NCBI GenBank assembly: GCA_963842085.1
Contig: CAWJET010000001.1
Coordinates: 2,880,001-2,944,000, forward strand
Reading direction: 5' to 3'
DNA length: 64,000 nt
Source of the DNA: an uncultured delta proteobacterium
GTDB lineage: Bacteria; Desulfobacterota; Binatia; Binatales; Binataceae
Shown here: one piece after another, positions 20,576 to 30,490 of the stretch
How positions within the stretch are numbered: the stretch's first letter is position 1
How the letters are laid out: each line of letters opens with the position of its first letter
Position numbers and translations under genes: made by a program
The notes under the pieces: generated by a model
The model's database searches: none
Told to the model about the DNA's origin: nothing
What the model saw: only the letters and a program-made list of their open reading frames with translations

Positions 20576-21522
20576 TGCGCTCTCAGCAATATTTTGAAAT
20601 TGAGAGGATTTTTCGCGGCTTCGAAACCGGCGACGCCGTCGTCGAGCGTGAAGGTGCCATCGATCAGCGGGCGCGGATCGATTTTGCCTGCTGCGAGTGC
20701 ATCGAGCACGGGCTGAAAGCGGCCGCATCGCGAGCCGATCACGCTGATTTCATTCACCACGATTGGCGCCAGGTTGATTTCGGCCGCCGCCGCCGCGGTG
20801 CTCTTCAATATGATCTTTCCGCGCGGCCGGACCAGTTCGACTGCGCGCCGAAAGCCCGATCCACTTCCGCTGCATTCGATCACGACGTCGAATTTGTCGC
20901 TCAGCGAGGATTCCTCGGCGGTCTCGAGTCCGAGGCCGGCCAGCCGCGCCAGTTTCTCCCGATGATGGCCCGCGACAATCGGCAGATACTTCTCGCCCTT
21001 AAGCGCCAGCGCGACGAGTGCGCCGAGCCTGCCGTCGCCGAGCACTACTATCGTCCGATTCCGCGCCGGATGGACCTGCTCGAAGATTTCGTAAGCCGCG
21101 GCGAGCGGCTCGACGAATACCGCGACATCGTCGGGAATCGAATCGGGAAGCGGAATCAGGTTGATGTCGGGCAGGCGAAGGAATTCCGCAAAAGCGCCGT
21201 CGCGGCCGAGGATTCCGAGCACTGTGCGATTTGGACAGTGGCGCGCGAGACCGGAATCGCACATCGCGCACCGGCCGCATCCCGCGTTGATCTCGCCAAC
21301 GACGCGTTTGCCGCGCAGCGCGGCGCTTTGCGATTCGACCACGCGGCCAGCGAATTCATGACCCGGCACTCCGCGATATTGCATGTAACCGCGCGCGATC
21401 TCGAGGTCGGTCCCGCACACGCCGGCGACCGAAACGCCGATGATGCTCTCACCCGGCGCAGCGACGGGATCGGGATAGTCGCGGCGAAACTCAAGCTTGC
21501 GATCGAAAACCAACGCGCGCAT
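20572..21522 (-). CDS. Zn-dependent alcohol dehydrogenase (MDR superfamily)
   Basis: GVCGTD, PGHEF.G, CGRCAMC..C structural Zn site, EPLA, GDGRLG. Confidence 0.92.
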   Translation of the reverse strand: MRALVFDRKLEFRRDYPDPVAAPGESIIGVSVAGVCGTDLEIARGYMQYRGVPGHEFAGRVVESQSAALRGKRVVGEINAGCGRCAMCDSGLARHCPNRTVLGILGRDGAFAEFLRLPDINLIPLPDSIPDDVAVFVEPLAAAYEIFEQVHPARNRTIVVLGDGRLGALVALALKGEKYLPIVAGHHREKLARLAGLGLETAEESSLSDKFDVVIECSGSGSGFRRAVELVRPRGKIILKSTAAAAAEINLAPIVVNEISVIGSRCGRFQPVLDALAAGKIDPRPLIDGTFTLDDGVAGFEAAKNPLNFKILLRAQ

Positions 21523-21540
21523 AAGGTGCGACCGATTTTA

Positions 21541-21603
21541 GTGAAACCCACCGGGGGTTTCACGCTTCCCTGGGCAGGGGGTGACCCCTGCACCCAATAT
21601 TAG
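21541..21603. repeat. Tandem hairpins, including a palindromic element repeated at 55966
   Basis: gtgaaaccc-accgg-gggtttcac (21541-21563) and tgggcagggggtgacccctgcaccca (21571-21596). Confidence 0.6.
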
Positions 21604-21624
21604 TGGGATGAAGGGAACGGGTCG

Positions 21625-22023
21625 CTAAGGAAGATTAATCGGCGGCTTTGCTGACGCTGATTTTTCGGACGACGATTTGGAGCGCGAGGACGTTTTGGAT
21701 TCAGATGATGACGACTTGGATTCCGTGGCCGGCTTTGATTCGGTTGCGGGCTTCGACGATGAGTCGCTCGACGACGCTGTGGCGCCGTTGGTCGCGGGCG
21801 TTGCCGGCGTCGATGCTGAATCCGACTCGGTGCTGCTCGGGGTGCTCTTTTTGGCGTAGTCGGTCGCGTACCATCCGCTCCCTTTCAGGATGAAGGAGCC
21901 GCGCGAAATCTGGCGCTCAACCTTGCCTTTGCAGGTGGGGCACTTCCTGAGAGGCGCTTCCTTGATGCCCTGCATCGCCTCGAAGACGCCGCACCTGTTG
22001 CACTTGTATTCGTAGATTGGCAT
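21625..22023 (-). CDS. FmdB-family zinc-ribbon protein with Ser/Lys-rich tail
   Basis: [12 protein letters not shown]...[17 protein letters not shown]. Confidence 0.92.
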   Translation of the reverse strand: MPIYEYKCNRCGVFEAMQGIKEAPLRKCPTCKGKVERQISRGSFILKGSGWYATDYAKKSTPSSTESDSASTPATPATNGATASSSDSSSKPATESKPATESKSSSSESKTSSRSKSSSEKSASAKPPINLP

Positions 22024-22150
22024 CGCAAAACCGAGACTGCTAATCCAAAGACCCGCGCCTCGCTACACTCTAGGTAACCACCAAACGCAAAGCAGTCAAC
22101 CGAAGCCCCGATTTTTCGCCTTCGATTCGCCCTTCACACATTGGCGGTCG

Positions 22151-22444
22151 CTACTTTGGTCTGCTGATTTGCCTTAACCGGGATGCAACCTTGACGGGTT
22201 CGTGGGTTACGATGCGGATCGTCTTGCGGCGCGCGGTTTCGCCGCGAACTATCATCAGCGCCGAGCGCGGTACGCGCATTTCGCCGGCGAGATACTCGAT
22301 CAGTTCTTCATTTGCTTTACCCTTTTGTGGCCCCGAGTGGACGCCGATGACGAGACGTTCTCCAGTCACGCCGATGACGCCGCGGCGCGACGCGCCTGGC
22401 CGGGCGGTGATCTCGATTACCACCTCGTCGATGAACACTCGCAT
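22151..22444 (-). CDS. DUF167 (YggU/UPF0235) family protein
   Basis: ARPGASR, P..GKANEELIEYLA, IVRGETARRKTI; follows yggT. Confidence 0.85.
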   Translation of the reverse strand: MRVFIDEVVIEITARPGASRRGVIGVTGERLVIGVHSGPQKGKANEELIEYLAGEMRVPRSALMIVRGETARRKTIRIVTHEPVKVASRLRQISRPK

Positions 22445-22482
22445 CCATGGGAGCGAATCAGGCGGCTGATTGCCGGCCGGAC

Positions 22483-22785
22483 TCACGCGTAGGAGGGGAT
22501 CAGCGCGTGCACGGCGCTCGGAATGAGGACGCGCTGGATGAGCTGAATGACGATAATCACGAGGATTGGCGAAAAATCGAGCCCGCCCAAGACCACCGGG
22601 ACGTGCTCGCGGAACCATTCAAAGACCGGTTCAGTGATCGAATAAATGAAGCGGACGATCGGATTGTACGGATTCGGCTCGATCCATGTCATTACTGCCG
22701 AAATGATCACGACATACAAATAGAGCGTCAGCAGACTGTCGAGGGTCTGCGCGATGAAGATGATCAGGTTGGTCCAGGCGTACAC
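22483..22785 (-). CDS. yggT: YggT family membrane protein
   Basis: WIEPNPYNPIVRFIYSITEP, GGLDFSPI. Confidence 0.92.
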   Translation of the reverse strand: MYAWTNLIIFIAQTLDSLLTLYLYVVIISAVMTWIEPNPYNPIVRFIYSITEPVFEWFREHVPVVLGGLDFSPILVIIVIQLIQRVLIPSAVHALIPSYA

Positions 22786-22800
22786 GCGATAGCGCTCTCG

Positions 22801-23655
22801 CTAGTTGAGTCCGCGGCCAAGTTCGCGTGAGCGATCGCTGGCGGCGTGCAATGCGGCGGCCACCATATCAGAAAAACCATCCTCGGCGAACCGGCGCAGC
22901 GCGGCCTCGGTGGTGCCGCCGGGCGAAGCGACCGCGCGGATCAAATCGGTGACGTCGCGCTTTGACTCGCGCATCAGGTGCTCAGCGCCGCGAATCGTCT
23001 TCAGCGCCATGCGGAGTGCCAGCTCGTGCGGGATGCCCTCGCTCACTGCGGCATCCGCCATCGCCTTGGCGAACAGGTAAACGTAGGCGGGACCGCTGCC
23101 CGAGAGGGCAGTGACCACATCGAGAAGTTTCTCGTCCTTGAGCGCGACGGCGTCGCCGACCGCCCGGAAAATTCTAAGCGCGAACGCCTCGTCGGCGGGC
23201 GAGGCGCCTCGCGCACGCACCATCGCCGCCATGCCATGACCCACCATCGCGGGCGCATTCGGCATCACGCGGATCACGCGCGCGCGCTTGCCAAGGCCGC
23301 GAGTCAGCCGCGCGAGCGTTACGCCGGCGGCGATCGAAATGAACAGCTTGCCTTTGGCTGCAGCTTTTCGGCTCGGGCCGGCGAGTTCGGCCGCGACCTC
23401 CGCCATCACGGCGTCGATCGTCTGCGGCTTGACGGCGAGCAGGACGGCGCCGGCCTCGCGCACGACCTCGGCATTGTCGTCGGTCGTTGCGACTTTGAGT
23501 GTGCGCGCGAGCTTACGCCGGCGCTCCGGCGCGACGTCGGACACGATAATTTGAGCGGGCTTGAAAACCTTGTGCAGGATAAGGCCGTGGGCGAGCGCCT
23601 CGGCCATGTTGCCGCCGCCGATGAATCCGAGTTTTTTCACTTTTTCACTGGTCAC
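22801..23655 (-). CDS. proC: Pyrroline-5-carboxylate reductase
   Basis: GFIGGGNMA, LAVKPQ, RVMPN, TALSGSGPAY, VASPGGTT. Confidence 0.95.
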   Translation of the reverse strand: MTSEKVKKLGFIGGGNMAEALAHGLILHKVFKPAQIIVSDVAPERRRKLARTLKVATTDDNAEVVREAGAVLLAVKPQTIDAVMAEVAAELAGPSRKAAAKGKLFISIAAGVTLARLTRGLGKRARVIRVMPNAPAMVGHGMAAMVRARGASPADEAFALRIFRAVGDAVALKDEKLLDVVTALSGSGPAYVYLFAKAMADAAVSEGIPHELALRMALKTIRGAEHLMRESKRDVTDLIRAVASPGGTTEAALRRFAEDGFSDMVAAALHAASDRSRELGRGLN

Positions 23656-23658
23656 GGT

Positions 23659-24348
23659 TCACGTGATGCGTTCGCCGAAGACCGCGCGCCCGATCCTCAC
23701 GATCGTCGCGCCTTCCTCGATAGCGACTTCGAAGTCGTCGGTCATACCCATCGAGAGTTCGCTTAGCGCATAGCCGGATTGTGTCGCAAGGCGATCGCGC
23801 ATCTGGCGCAGCCGCGCGAACCAGGGCCGCGCGGCGTCGGCGCTCGGGGCCGGCGGCGGGATCGTCATAAGGCCTTCGATTTCGATTTTTTCACGGGCAG
23901 CATCTAAAATGGGGGGGACATCGTCGGGCGCGGCGCCGCTCTTGCTCGCCTCTCCGCCGAGATTTACTTCAATGAGCGCGTGGACGCGCCGGGCAGGTTT
24001 CGCGCGCGCCAGGGCTCCGGCGAGGCGGATGGAATCGACAGTGTGAATCAGCGCGAATGCGCCGGCGGCAGTCTTGGCCTTGTTGGTTTGCAGGTGACCG
24101 ATCAGATGCCATCGAATTTCGGTCAGGTCCGCCAGCTCGGCGCGCTTCGCAATTGCCTCCTGGACGTAGTTTTCGCCGAAATCGCGCGCGCCAGCCCGGG
24201 CTGCGGCCCGAATCGCGTCACTCGGCTGCGTCTTGCTCGCGAGCACGAGCCGAATTGAGGCGGGATCGCGTCCGGCGCGATGGGCGGCCGCGCCGATCCG
24301 CGCTCGCACGAGCTCCAGCCGTTCTTCGATTTCATATCGAGTCGACAT
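23659..24348 (-). CDS. yggS: PLP homeostasis protein YggS
   Basis: ASKT, FGENYVQE, WHLIGHLQTNK, GLMT, LSMGM.DF..AI.EGAT.VRIG. Confidence 0.95.
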   Translation of the reverse strand: MSTRYEIEERLELVRARIGAAAHRAGRDPASIRLVLASKTQPSDAIRAAARAGARDFGENYVQEAIAKRAELADLTEIRWHLIGHLQTNKAKTAAGAFALIHTVDSIRLAGALARAKPARRVHALIEVNLGGEASKSGAAPDDVPPILDAAREKIEIEGLMTIPPPAPSADAARPWFARLRQMRDRLATQSGYALSELSMGMTDDFEVAIEEGATIVRIGRAVFGERIT

Positions 24349-24353
24349 TTGCG

Positions 24354-24935
24354 CTAAACCCGCTGCACGCCCCAGCGCGCGAGGGCCGCGACCACGCGCT
24401 CTGTTGGGAGGCCCATCACGTTGTCGCGCGAGCCTTCGACGTGCGAGATGAATCCACCGCCGACGCCCTGGATTCCGTAGGCGCCGGCCTTGTCGAACGG
24501 CTCTTCGGTGGCGACGTAGTCGTCGATTTCAGCCGCGGCCAGTTTGCGAAACGTGACGCGGCTCTCGACCGGCGAACTCTCGAGGATCTTTCCGCCGCGC
24601 GCCAATGCAAAGGCGGTCACGACGGTGTGGGTTCGCCCGGAGAGCGTCGCGAGCATCCGGCGCGCGTCGTCAGCGTCGGTGGGCTTTTCGAGAATTTGGT
24701 TCTCGCACACGACGATAGTGTCGGCGGCGAGCACAATCGCGTCTGGGAACCGCGACGAAACCGTGGCGGCCTTGTCGCGCGCCATCCTGAGGGCGTAGTC
24801 GCGCGGCGGCTCGCCCGCGATGTGCTGCTCGTGAACCAGGCTTTCGATCGCCTCGAACTCAATTCCTTTTGCACCCAACAGTTGATGGCGGCGCGGCGAC
24901 GCCGAGGCAAGAATCACTTTGATTGGATCGCTCAT
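24354..24935 (-). CDS. maf: Maf/YhdE nucleoside triphosphate pyrophosphatase
   Basis: ILASASPRR, ADT.V, LEKP, DKAGAYGIQG, NVMGLP. Confidence 0.94.
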   Translation of the reverse strand: MSDPIKVILASASPRRHQLLGAKGIEFEAIESLVHEQHIAGEPPRDYALRMARDKAATVSSRFPDAIVLAADTIVVCENQILEKPTDADDARRMLATLSGRTHTVVTAFALARGGKILESSPVESRVTFRKLAAAEIDDYVATEEPFDKAGAYGIQGVGGGFISHVEGSRDNVMGLPTERVVAALARWGVQRV

Positions 24936-25035
24936 CGCGTTCCCGACTGTTGCCAGACGCCGGACGGTCCCGCAAGTCTCGCCAGAGACGGCCCCCCAAT
25001 TGAAGCCGCGTCGAGCATGCGCTAACCAAGATCAG

Positions 25036-27177
25036 ATGACAGCGAGATGGTGGCGCGAGGGCGCGCTGATGATTGTATGCGCGACGCTGCTCGCGGGGTG
25101 CGCGTCGGCGTCCGCGCGGGCGGATTCAGCGGCCGCGTCGGCACAAGCTGAACAGCCGGCGCAAACCCCTGCGCCGCTGCCGGCCGCTCCCACAGCCGCT
25201 CCCATAGCGCCGTCCTCCGACGCGCAGACGGCGTTCGTCGACGGCTACCGCGCGTATCAGAACCACGACAACGCGCGCGCGATCGAGCGTCTCAAGTTCG
25301 CTGCGGACAATTTCCCGGCGCTCGGCGATTACGCGCTCTACTACCTGGCACTCGCGCAGCACGACCAGGGCGATCTCACCGCCTCGGCAGACACGCTCGA
25401 GCGCCTGGTCCGGTCGTATCCGGATAGCGTGATGATCGATCAAGGCGAGGCGAAGCTCGCGGACAATCTGCTGAAGCTTGGCCGCAACGCCGAGGCCTCC
25501 GAGGTCGCGTCGCGCCTGATCGCGCGGGGGCCGGCAGCGTCGATAGAGCAGGGCGCACGCATAACAGAGGCCCGGGCGCTCATCGCGCTCGGCAATCCAA
25601 AGGCAGCGTATGCACAGTTGATGGAGCTGCGGGACAAGTATCCGCGCTCCGATCCGGATGCAGAAGCGCGCGCGCTGGTTCGTTCGATTCTCGCGTCGAA
25701 TCCCGAGGTGGCCGACACCAGTTCGCTCGCGTACCATCGCGACGAATCCGAGTTGCTGCTGCGCGAGGGCGATTTGTCGGGGGCCAACGAGCAGGCCAGC
25801 GCGGGACTCGCGCTGGAGCCCGAGCCATCGGTTCGCGCGGAACTGGTTTGGGTTACGGCGCGAGCGCTCAAGCCGGAACCCGAGCGCGCCAGGCGCGCCC
25901 TCCTCGAGTATCTGCGAATCGCGCCGCGCGGGCCGGACGCGGCGGCGGCGCTTGAGGCGCTGGCGCTGATCTACTGGCACGACGATCAATATGATCTCGC
26001 CCGCGCGACGTTGAACAGGCTGGTCGCGAATTTTCCCGCCAGCGAGCTTGCGCCAGGCGCGATGCTTCGCGTCGGTAGAATCTTCGAAGAACAGCGTCAG
26101 CTCGATTCCGCTCGCGCGCAATATCGACGCCTGGCCGCGCGCTATCCCGCCAGCGACGCCGCCGAGGATGCGCGCTTTCGGATCCCGTGGACGCTGTATA
26201 CGGCGCGCGATTACCGCGTTGCGGCGGCAGGATTTCAGAGCGCAGGCGCGCGCGCGAAGGATGCAACCAATCGTGATATGTGCGAGTACTGGCGTGCGCG
26301 CGCGTTGGAAAACGCGGGCGATTCGAACGATGCTCGCGCGATTTTCGAAAAGCTCGCGGAGAGCACCGACACCAACTACTATCCCGAGCTGGCCAGCCGC
26401 CGCGTCGCGGCCGCCCGACCGGATCTTCCCGCCGCGTCGGCGCCGGATCCGGAATACGGCGCGGCGCCCGCGGTCGCAGGAGTCGCCGAGTATCACATGG
26501 CGCGGCTGCAAACGATCCGCGCGCTCGGCCTCAAGGAGCTCGAGCCGGGAGAGTTGAAGGCGCTGGAGGAATACGCCGGCGGCACAATCGAGATGCGGCG
26601 GTTCGTGCTGGCCGGATTCGCCAGCGCCGGCGCGTGGTACGACGCGATCGTGGCCGCGACGCACATGGAGAAAAATGGCCAGATGAGCGCTGCGGTGGCC
26701 GAGCGAGTGCGCTATCCGCGCGCGTACTGGGATCTTTTTCAGCCGGCGTCCACCCGGCTCGCGCTCGACCCTTACCTGGTGCTCGCGTTGGCTCGGCAGG
26801 AGAGCCTGTTCAACCCGAATGCCACGTCGAGTTCCAACGCGCGCGGCCTGATGCAGTTGATTCCGTCGACGGCGAAGAAGATGGCGTCCGAGCATGGAAT
26901 CGATCCCGAGGCGGTTCGTCTTTACGATCCGTCGGTTAACGTCGAGCTGGGGACGGCGTATTTGAAAAATTTGATGGAGATGTTCAACGGCGACGCGTTC
27001 AGGGCGGTCGCGGCGTACAACGCGGGCGAGAACGCGGTGTCGAAGTGGGTGGCGGAATTTTCCGGCCCGGATGACGAGTGGGTCGAGAATATCGAGTACA
27101 AAGAAACGCGCGACTACGTGAAGAAAGTGATCGGAGGGCGGCGCGAGTATCTGCTGCTGTATCAGCCGAATTCCTAG
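25036..27177 (+). CDS. TPR-repeat lipoprotein soluble lytic transglycosylase (Slt-like)
   Basis: Lipobox LLAGC, TPR array, SLT motifs RQES.F, ARGLMQL, AAYNAG, IEY.ETR.YV. Confidence 0.92.
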   Translation: MTARWWREGALMIVCATLLAGCASASARADSAAASAQAEQPAQTPAPLPAAPTAAPIAPSSDAQTAFVDGYRAYQNHDNARAIERLKFAADNFPALGDYALYYLALAQHDQGDLTASADTLERLVRSYPDSVMIDQGEAKLADNLLKLGRNAEASEVASRLIARGPAASIEQGARITEARALIALGNPKAAYAQLMELRDKYPRSDPDAEARALVRSILASNPEVADTSSLAYHRDESELLLREGDLSGANEQASAGLALEPEPSVRAELVWVTARALKPEPERARRALLEYLRIAPRGPDAAAALEALALIYWHDDQYDLARATLNRLVANFPASELAPGAMLRVGRIFEEQRQLDSARAQYRRLAARYPASDAAEDARFRIPWTLYTARDYRVAAAGFQSAGARAKDATNRDMCEYWRARALENAGDSNDARAIFEKLAESTDTNYYPELASRRVAAARPDLPAASAPDPEYGAAPAVAGVAEYHMARLQTIRALGLKELEPGELKALEEYAGGTIEMRRFVLAGFASAGAWYDAIVAATHMEKNGQMSAAVAERVRYPRAYWDLFQPASTRLALDPYLVLALARQESLFNPNATSSSNARGLMQLIPSTAKKMASEHGIDPEAVRLYDPSVNVELGTAYLKNLMEMFNGDAFRAVAAYNAGENAVSKWVAEFSGPDDEWVENIEYKETRDYVKKVIGGRREYLLLYQPNS

Positions 27178-27220
27178 CAGCCGCGCTTGACAGCCCGTTC
27201 GGCATCTCTACACACTCCGG

Positions 27221-27937
27221 TTGGGAAGCACGAGGAATTTTTCGTTGGCATCGCGCGAATTCAAGGCGGTCTTTTTCGATCTCGACGGCACGCTGGTCGA
27301 TATCCACGGGCCGTTGTACATCGCCGCGAAGAACGCGCTCGACGAGCTCGGCCATGATCCGCCACTCACCCACGAGCGGTTTCGCGAAGCGCTTTCCGCC
27401 GACGACGTGTGGCTCGGAGTGCCGGAGCATCTGCGGCCTGAGTACGCGAAGCTCGCGTACGCATACTTCCTGGCCGAGATCGACAAAACCGAGCGGCTCG
27501 AGGTGCTGCCGCACGTGCAGGATACGCTGGCCGAACTGAAGCGGCGCGGCTATGCGACCGGCGTCATCACGAGCCGCCCGGGTGATTCGCAGCGGCTGGT
27601 CGAGAAGCTCGCGATGGTCGGGCTTGCGTCGTATCTGGACCAGGTCGTCACGCAAACGACGACCTCGCTGCGCGCGCTCGACAAGACGGAGAGCCTCAAG
27701 CAGACGGCGCTCAAGGCAGCGGTACTTCCGCACGCGTGTATGTACGTTGGCGACGAGCCGCGCGACGTCATGGCGGCGCTCGCGGCGGGCTACGGCGCGT
27801 CGGTCGCAGTGGCCACCGGCGCGGCGTCGTTCAAATATTTGCAGACGCATCCGCAATTCAAACCCGACTACGTAATCCGCTCGATGGCGGAGTTGATCGA
27901 CCTGATCGACAACATGAAGACGGAACGGATCGAGTAG
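27221..27937 (+). CDS. HAD-family hydrolase (phosphoglycolate phosphatase-like)
   Basis: FDLDGTLVD, VITS, YVGD..RD; start uncertain (TTG 27221 or 27245). Confidence 0.88.
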   Translation: MGSTRNFSLASREFKAVFFDLDGTLVDIHGPLYIAAKNALDELGHDPPLTHERFREALSADDVWLGVPEHLRPEYAKLAYAYFLAEIDKTERLEVLPHVQDTLAELKRRGYATGVITSRPGDSQRLVEKLAMVGLASYLDQVVTQTTTSLRALDKTESLKQTALKAAVLPHACMYVGDEPRDVMAALAAGYGASVAVATGAASFKYLQTHPQFKPDYVIRSMAELIDLIDNMKTERIE

Positions 27938-27939
27938 CG

Positions 27940-30411
27940 ATGGCGCGCTTCGAGGATTGCCAGCAACCGCCGCGCGCGCTCGAAGGCTTGAAGGTTGTCG
28001 AGTTGCCGTGTCTCGACACGATGCCGTTCATGGCGGCGACGATGGTGGCGAAGTCGTTCGCGGATTTCGGCGCCGAGGTGGTCAAGGTCGAGCCGCCGCG
28101 AACGGGAGCGCAGGAGCGCGCGCTCGGCCCGTTTCGCGACGAGCTGCCCGACCCCGAAACCGGCGGGCTGCATCTTTTTCTCAACACCAACAAGCTCGGG
28201 GTTACGATCGACCTGGAGAATCCGCGCGAGCGCGAGCTCGTGTTCAATTTGCTGGCATCCGCCGACATTGTGTTCAATCCGAATCGTCCGGAAGTGAACG
28301 AAAAGCTTGGGCTCGACTGGCGCACGCTGACGGCGCGATTTCCGAAGCTGATCGTCGTGTCGATAACTTTTTTTGGCGCCGAGACGGAATACCGGAACCT
28401 GCGCGGCGGAGACCTGGTCGCCACGCACATGAGCGGCGTCGGCTACGAAACGCCGTGGCATCAGGTGACCGATCCCGAGAATCAGCCGCCGCTGAAGCTC
28501 GGCGGCAGGCAGTCTGACTATTTGACTGGCTATACAGCGGCGGCCGCCGCGATGTGTGCACTGTATAGTCGAAAGAGTAATGGCGCGGGGCAGCATGTCG
28601 ATGTCGGACAGTGGCCCTCGATGATCAGCATGATTCGCCCCAACCTCGGCTTTTACTCGCACGAGGCGCCCGATTCCGCCTCGTTCCAGCGGCTCTTCAC
28701 CCGCCTCAAAAAGGCCGCGCAGTGGGTTTATCCGTGCAAGGACGGATGGGTGAGCTTCAGCGCCGGCACCGATCGCTTCTGGCGCGGCGCGAAGAACGCG
28801 ATGGGGCATCCGGAGTGGATGGACAGCGAGCTGTTCGACACGATTTTTGGACGCGCTGCGAATATCGACGCGATCGAGGCCGGAGTAATCGACTGGCTAT
28901 CTACCCAGACGCGAACCGAGGCGTTCGAGAAGGCGCAGGCGCAGCACGTGCCGTGCTTCCCGGTGCATTCGCCGGCCGAAGTCGCGGGCAACGAGCAATA
29001 CAAGGCGCGCAAGTTTTTTGTCGACCTGGACCATCCCGCGGCCCGCGACGTTCGGATGCCTGGCGCGCCGTGCAAGTTCACGCGGACGCCGTGGCGAATC
29101 GTGCGCGGAGCGCCGCGGCTCGGTGAGCACAATCAAAAGGTACTTCAGAAGCGGACGGTCGCAGGCGAAACTCGCAGCGAACGCCGCGGCGGAGATCGTG
29201 CGAGGGGAACCCGTCCGCTGCAAGGAATTCGAGTCGCGGATTTCGGATGGATCTACGCGGTTCCGCACGCGACCGCATGGCTGGGCGCTCTGGGAGCCGA
29301 CGTAATCAGGATCGAGAGCTCGGGCGCGCCCGACCTGGTGCGGTTTCTGACCGGCACCGACGGGTCGATCGGCGCCAACCGCAGCGGAGTTTTCCATGCG
29401 ATCAATTCGTCGCGCCGCAGTCTCGCGCTGAACCTGGCGATGCCCGAGGCGCAGGAAATCGCGCGCAAGATTATCCGACAGAGTGATTTTGTCACCGAGA
29501 ATTTCACGGTCGGCAACATGGCGAAGTACGGTCTCGGCTATGACGATCTCATCAAGATCAAACCCGACATCATCATGTTAAGCGGTACGCCGCTGGGACA
29601 GGACGGTCCGCTCGCGCGAACCGTGGGCTTCGGACCGACGACGCAGGCCTTTGCCGGACTGTGCCATATCACCGGCTATCCCGATTCGTTTCCGTGCGGG
29701 ATCGGCGGCACCTGGCCGGACTTCGCGGTCGGCACCGGCATGGTGTTCTTTCTGCTCGCGGCGCTGCACTATCGCGACCGGACAGGACAGGGGCAGTATC
29801 TCGACCTGTCGATGTCCGAGATGGTTACGACGATGATGCCCGAAGCGATGATGGATTTCCTGATGAACGGGCGCGACCTGGCGGGAATCGGGAATCGTGA
29901 CGAGTCGATGGCGCCGCATGGCGTGTTCCCGGCGGCGGGCGACGACCAGTGGATCGCGATTGCGATTGCCACCGACGACGAATTCGCAAAGCTGTGCGAG
30001 GCGCTCGGCCTGACTTCGATGGCGTCCGACCCGAAGTTCGCGCGATTGTACGGCCGCCTGGCGAATGTCGAGGAGCTCGAGCGCGAAGTCGCGGCGCGCA
30101 CGCGGGTCTATCCGCGCGACGAACTGGTTACGAAGCTTCGCGCGCGCGGTCTCGCCGCGGGTCCGGTCTACAACACTCCCGAATTGATGAAGGACCCCGT
30201 CTTCTCCGAGTCGAGCATGCTGGTGAAGTTGAAGCATGGCGAAGTCGGCGAGCGTGTCGTGCCGGGGCTTCCAGTGCAGTTCGGAGCGATCGCTCTCGAA
30301 TATCGCGGCGCGCCGATGATAGGCGAGCATACCGATGAAGTGATGAGCGAGTTGCTCGGGTACAGCGCGGAAGAAATCGCGCGGCTGAAACAAGCAAACG
30401 TTTTGAGTTAG
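27940..30411 (+). CDS. Tandem (two-domain) CaiB/BaiF CoA-transferase
   Basis: Two full family III repeats: ALEGLKV..ADFGAEVVKVE..NTNK..QSDYLTG..APRLGEH and PLQGIRV..LGADVIRIE..ENF..WPDFAVG..APMIGEHT. Confidence 0.92.
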   Translation: MARFEDCQQPPRALEGLKVVELPCLDTMPFMAATMVAKSFADFGAEVVKVEPPRTGAQERALGPFRDELPDPETGGLHLFLNTNKLGVTIDLENPRERELVFNLLASADIVFNPNRPEVNEKLGLDWRTLTARFPKLIVVSITFFGAETEYRNLRGGDLVATHMSGVGYETPWHQVTDPENQPPLKLGGRQSDYLTGYTAAAAAMCALYSRKSNGAGQHVDVGQWPSMISMIRPNLGFYSHEAPDSASFQRLFTRLKKAAQWVYPCKDGWVSFSAGTDRFWRGAKNAMGHPEWMDSELFDTIFGRAANIDAIEAGVIDWLSTQTRTEAFEKAQAQHVPCFPVHSPAEVAGNEQYKARKFFVDLDHPAARDVRMPGAPCKFTRTPWRIVRGAPRLGEHNQKVLQKRTVAGETRSERRGGDRARGTRPLQGIRVADFGWIYAVPHATAWLGALGADVIRIESSGAPDLVRFLTGTDGSIGANRSGVFHAINSSRRSLALNLAMPEAQEIARKIIRQSDFVTENFTVGNMAKYGLGYDDLIKIKPDIIMLSGTPLGQDGPLARTVGFGPTTQAFAGLCHITGYPDSFPCGIGGTWPDFAVGTGMVFFLLAALHYRDRTGQGQYLDLSMSEMVTTMMPEAMMDFLMNGRDLAGIGNRDESMAPHGVFPAAGDDQWIAIAIATDDEFAKLCEALGLTSMASDPKFARLYGRLANVEELEREVAARTRVYPRDELVTKLRARGLAAGPVYNTPELMKDPVFSESSMLVKLKHGEVGERVVPGLPVQFGAIALEYRGAPMIGEHTDEVMSELLGYSAEEIARLKQANVLS

Positions 30412-30440
30412 GCAGGAGGCGGCAAGACAGGGGATATTGG

Positions 30441-30470
30441 ACCCCCGGCCCCTTCCGCGAGGGAAGGCGA
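30441..30470. terminator. GC hairpin between convergent genes, possible terminator or REP-like element
   Basis: ccttcc-gcgag-ggaagg at 30451-30467 preceded by a C-rich tract; no clear U tract. Confidence 0.35.
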
Positions 30471-30490
30471 ACAATCGCGCCCGCCGGCGA

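Noticed and set aside
21700-21770. [12 protein letters not shown] tandem repeat, and GGC-rich repeats in gspD, as possible CRISPR or VNTR arrays
   Set aside because: These are coding low-complexity repeats with synonymous divergence; no repeat-spacer structure and no cas genes
22445-22482. Absence of divIVA between yggT and DUF167
   Set aside because: This cluster is variable across bacteria; not informative without the rest of the genome
25126-26895. 589-aa minus-strand ORF
   Set aside because: Antisense shadow of the SLT gene; Arg-rich with no recognisable motifs
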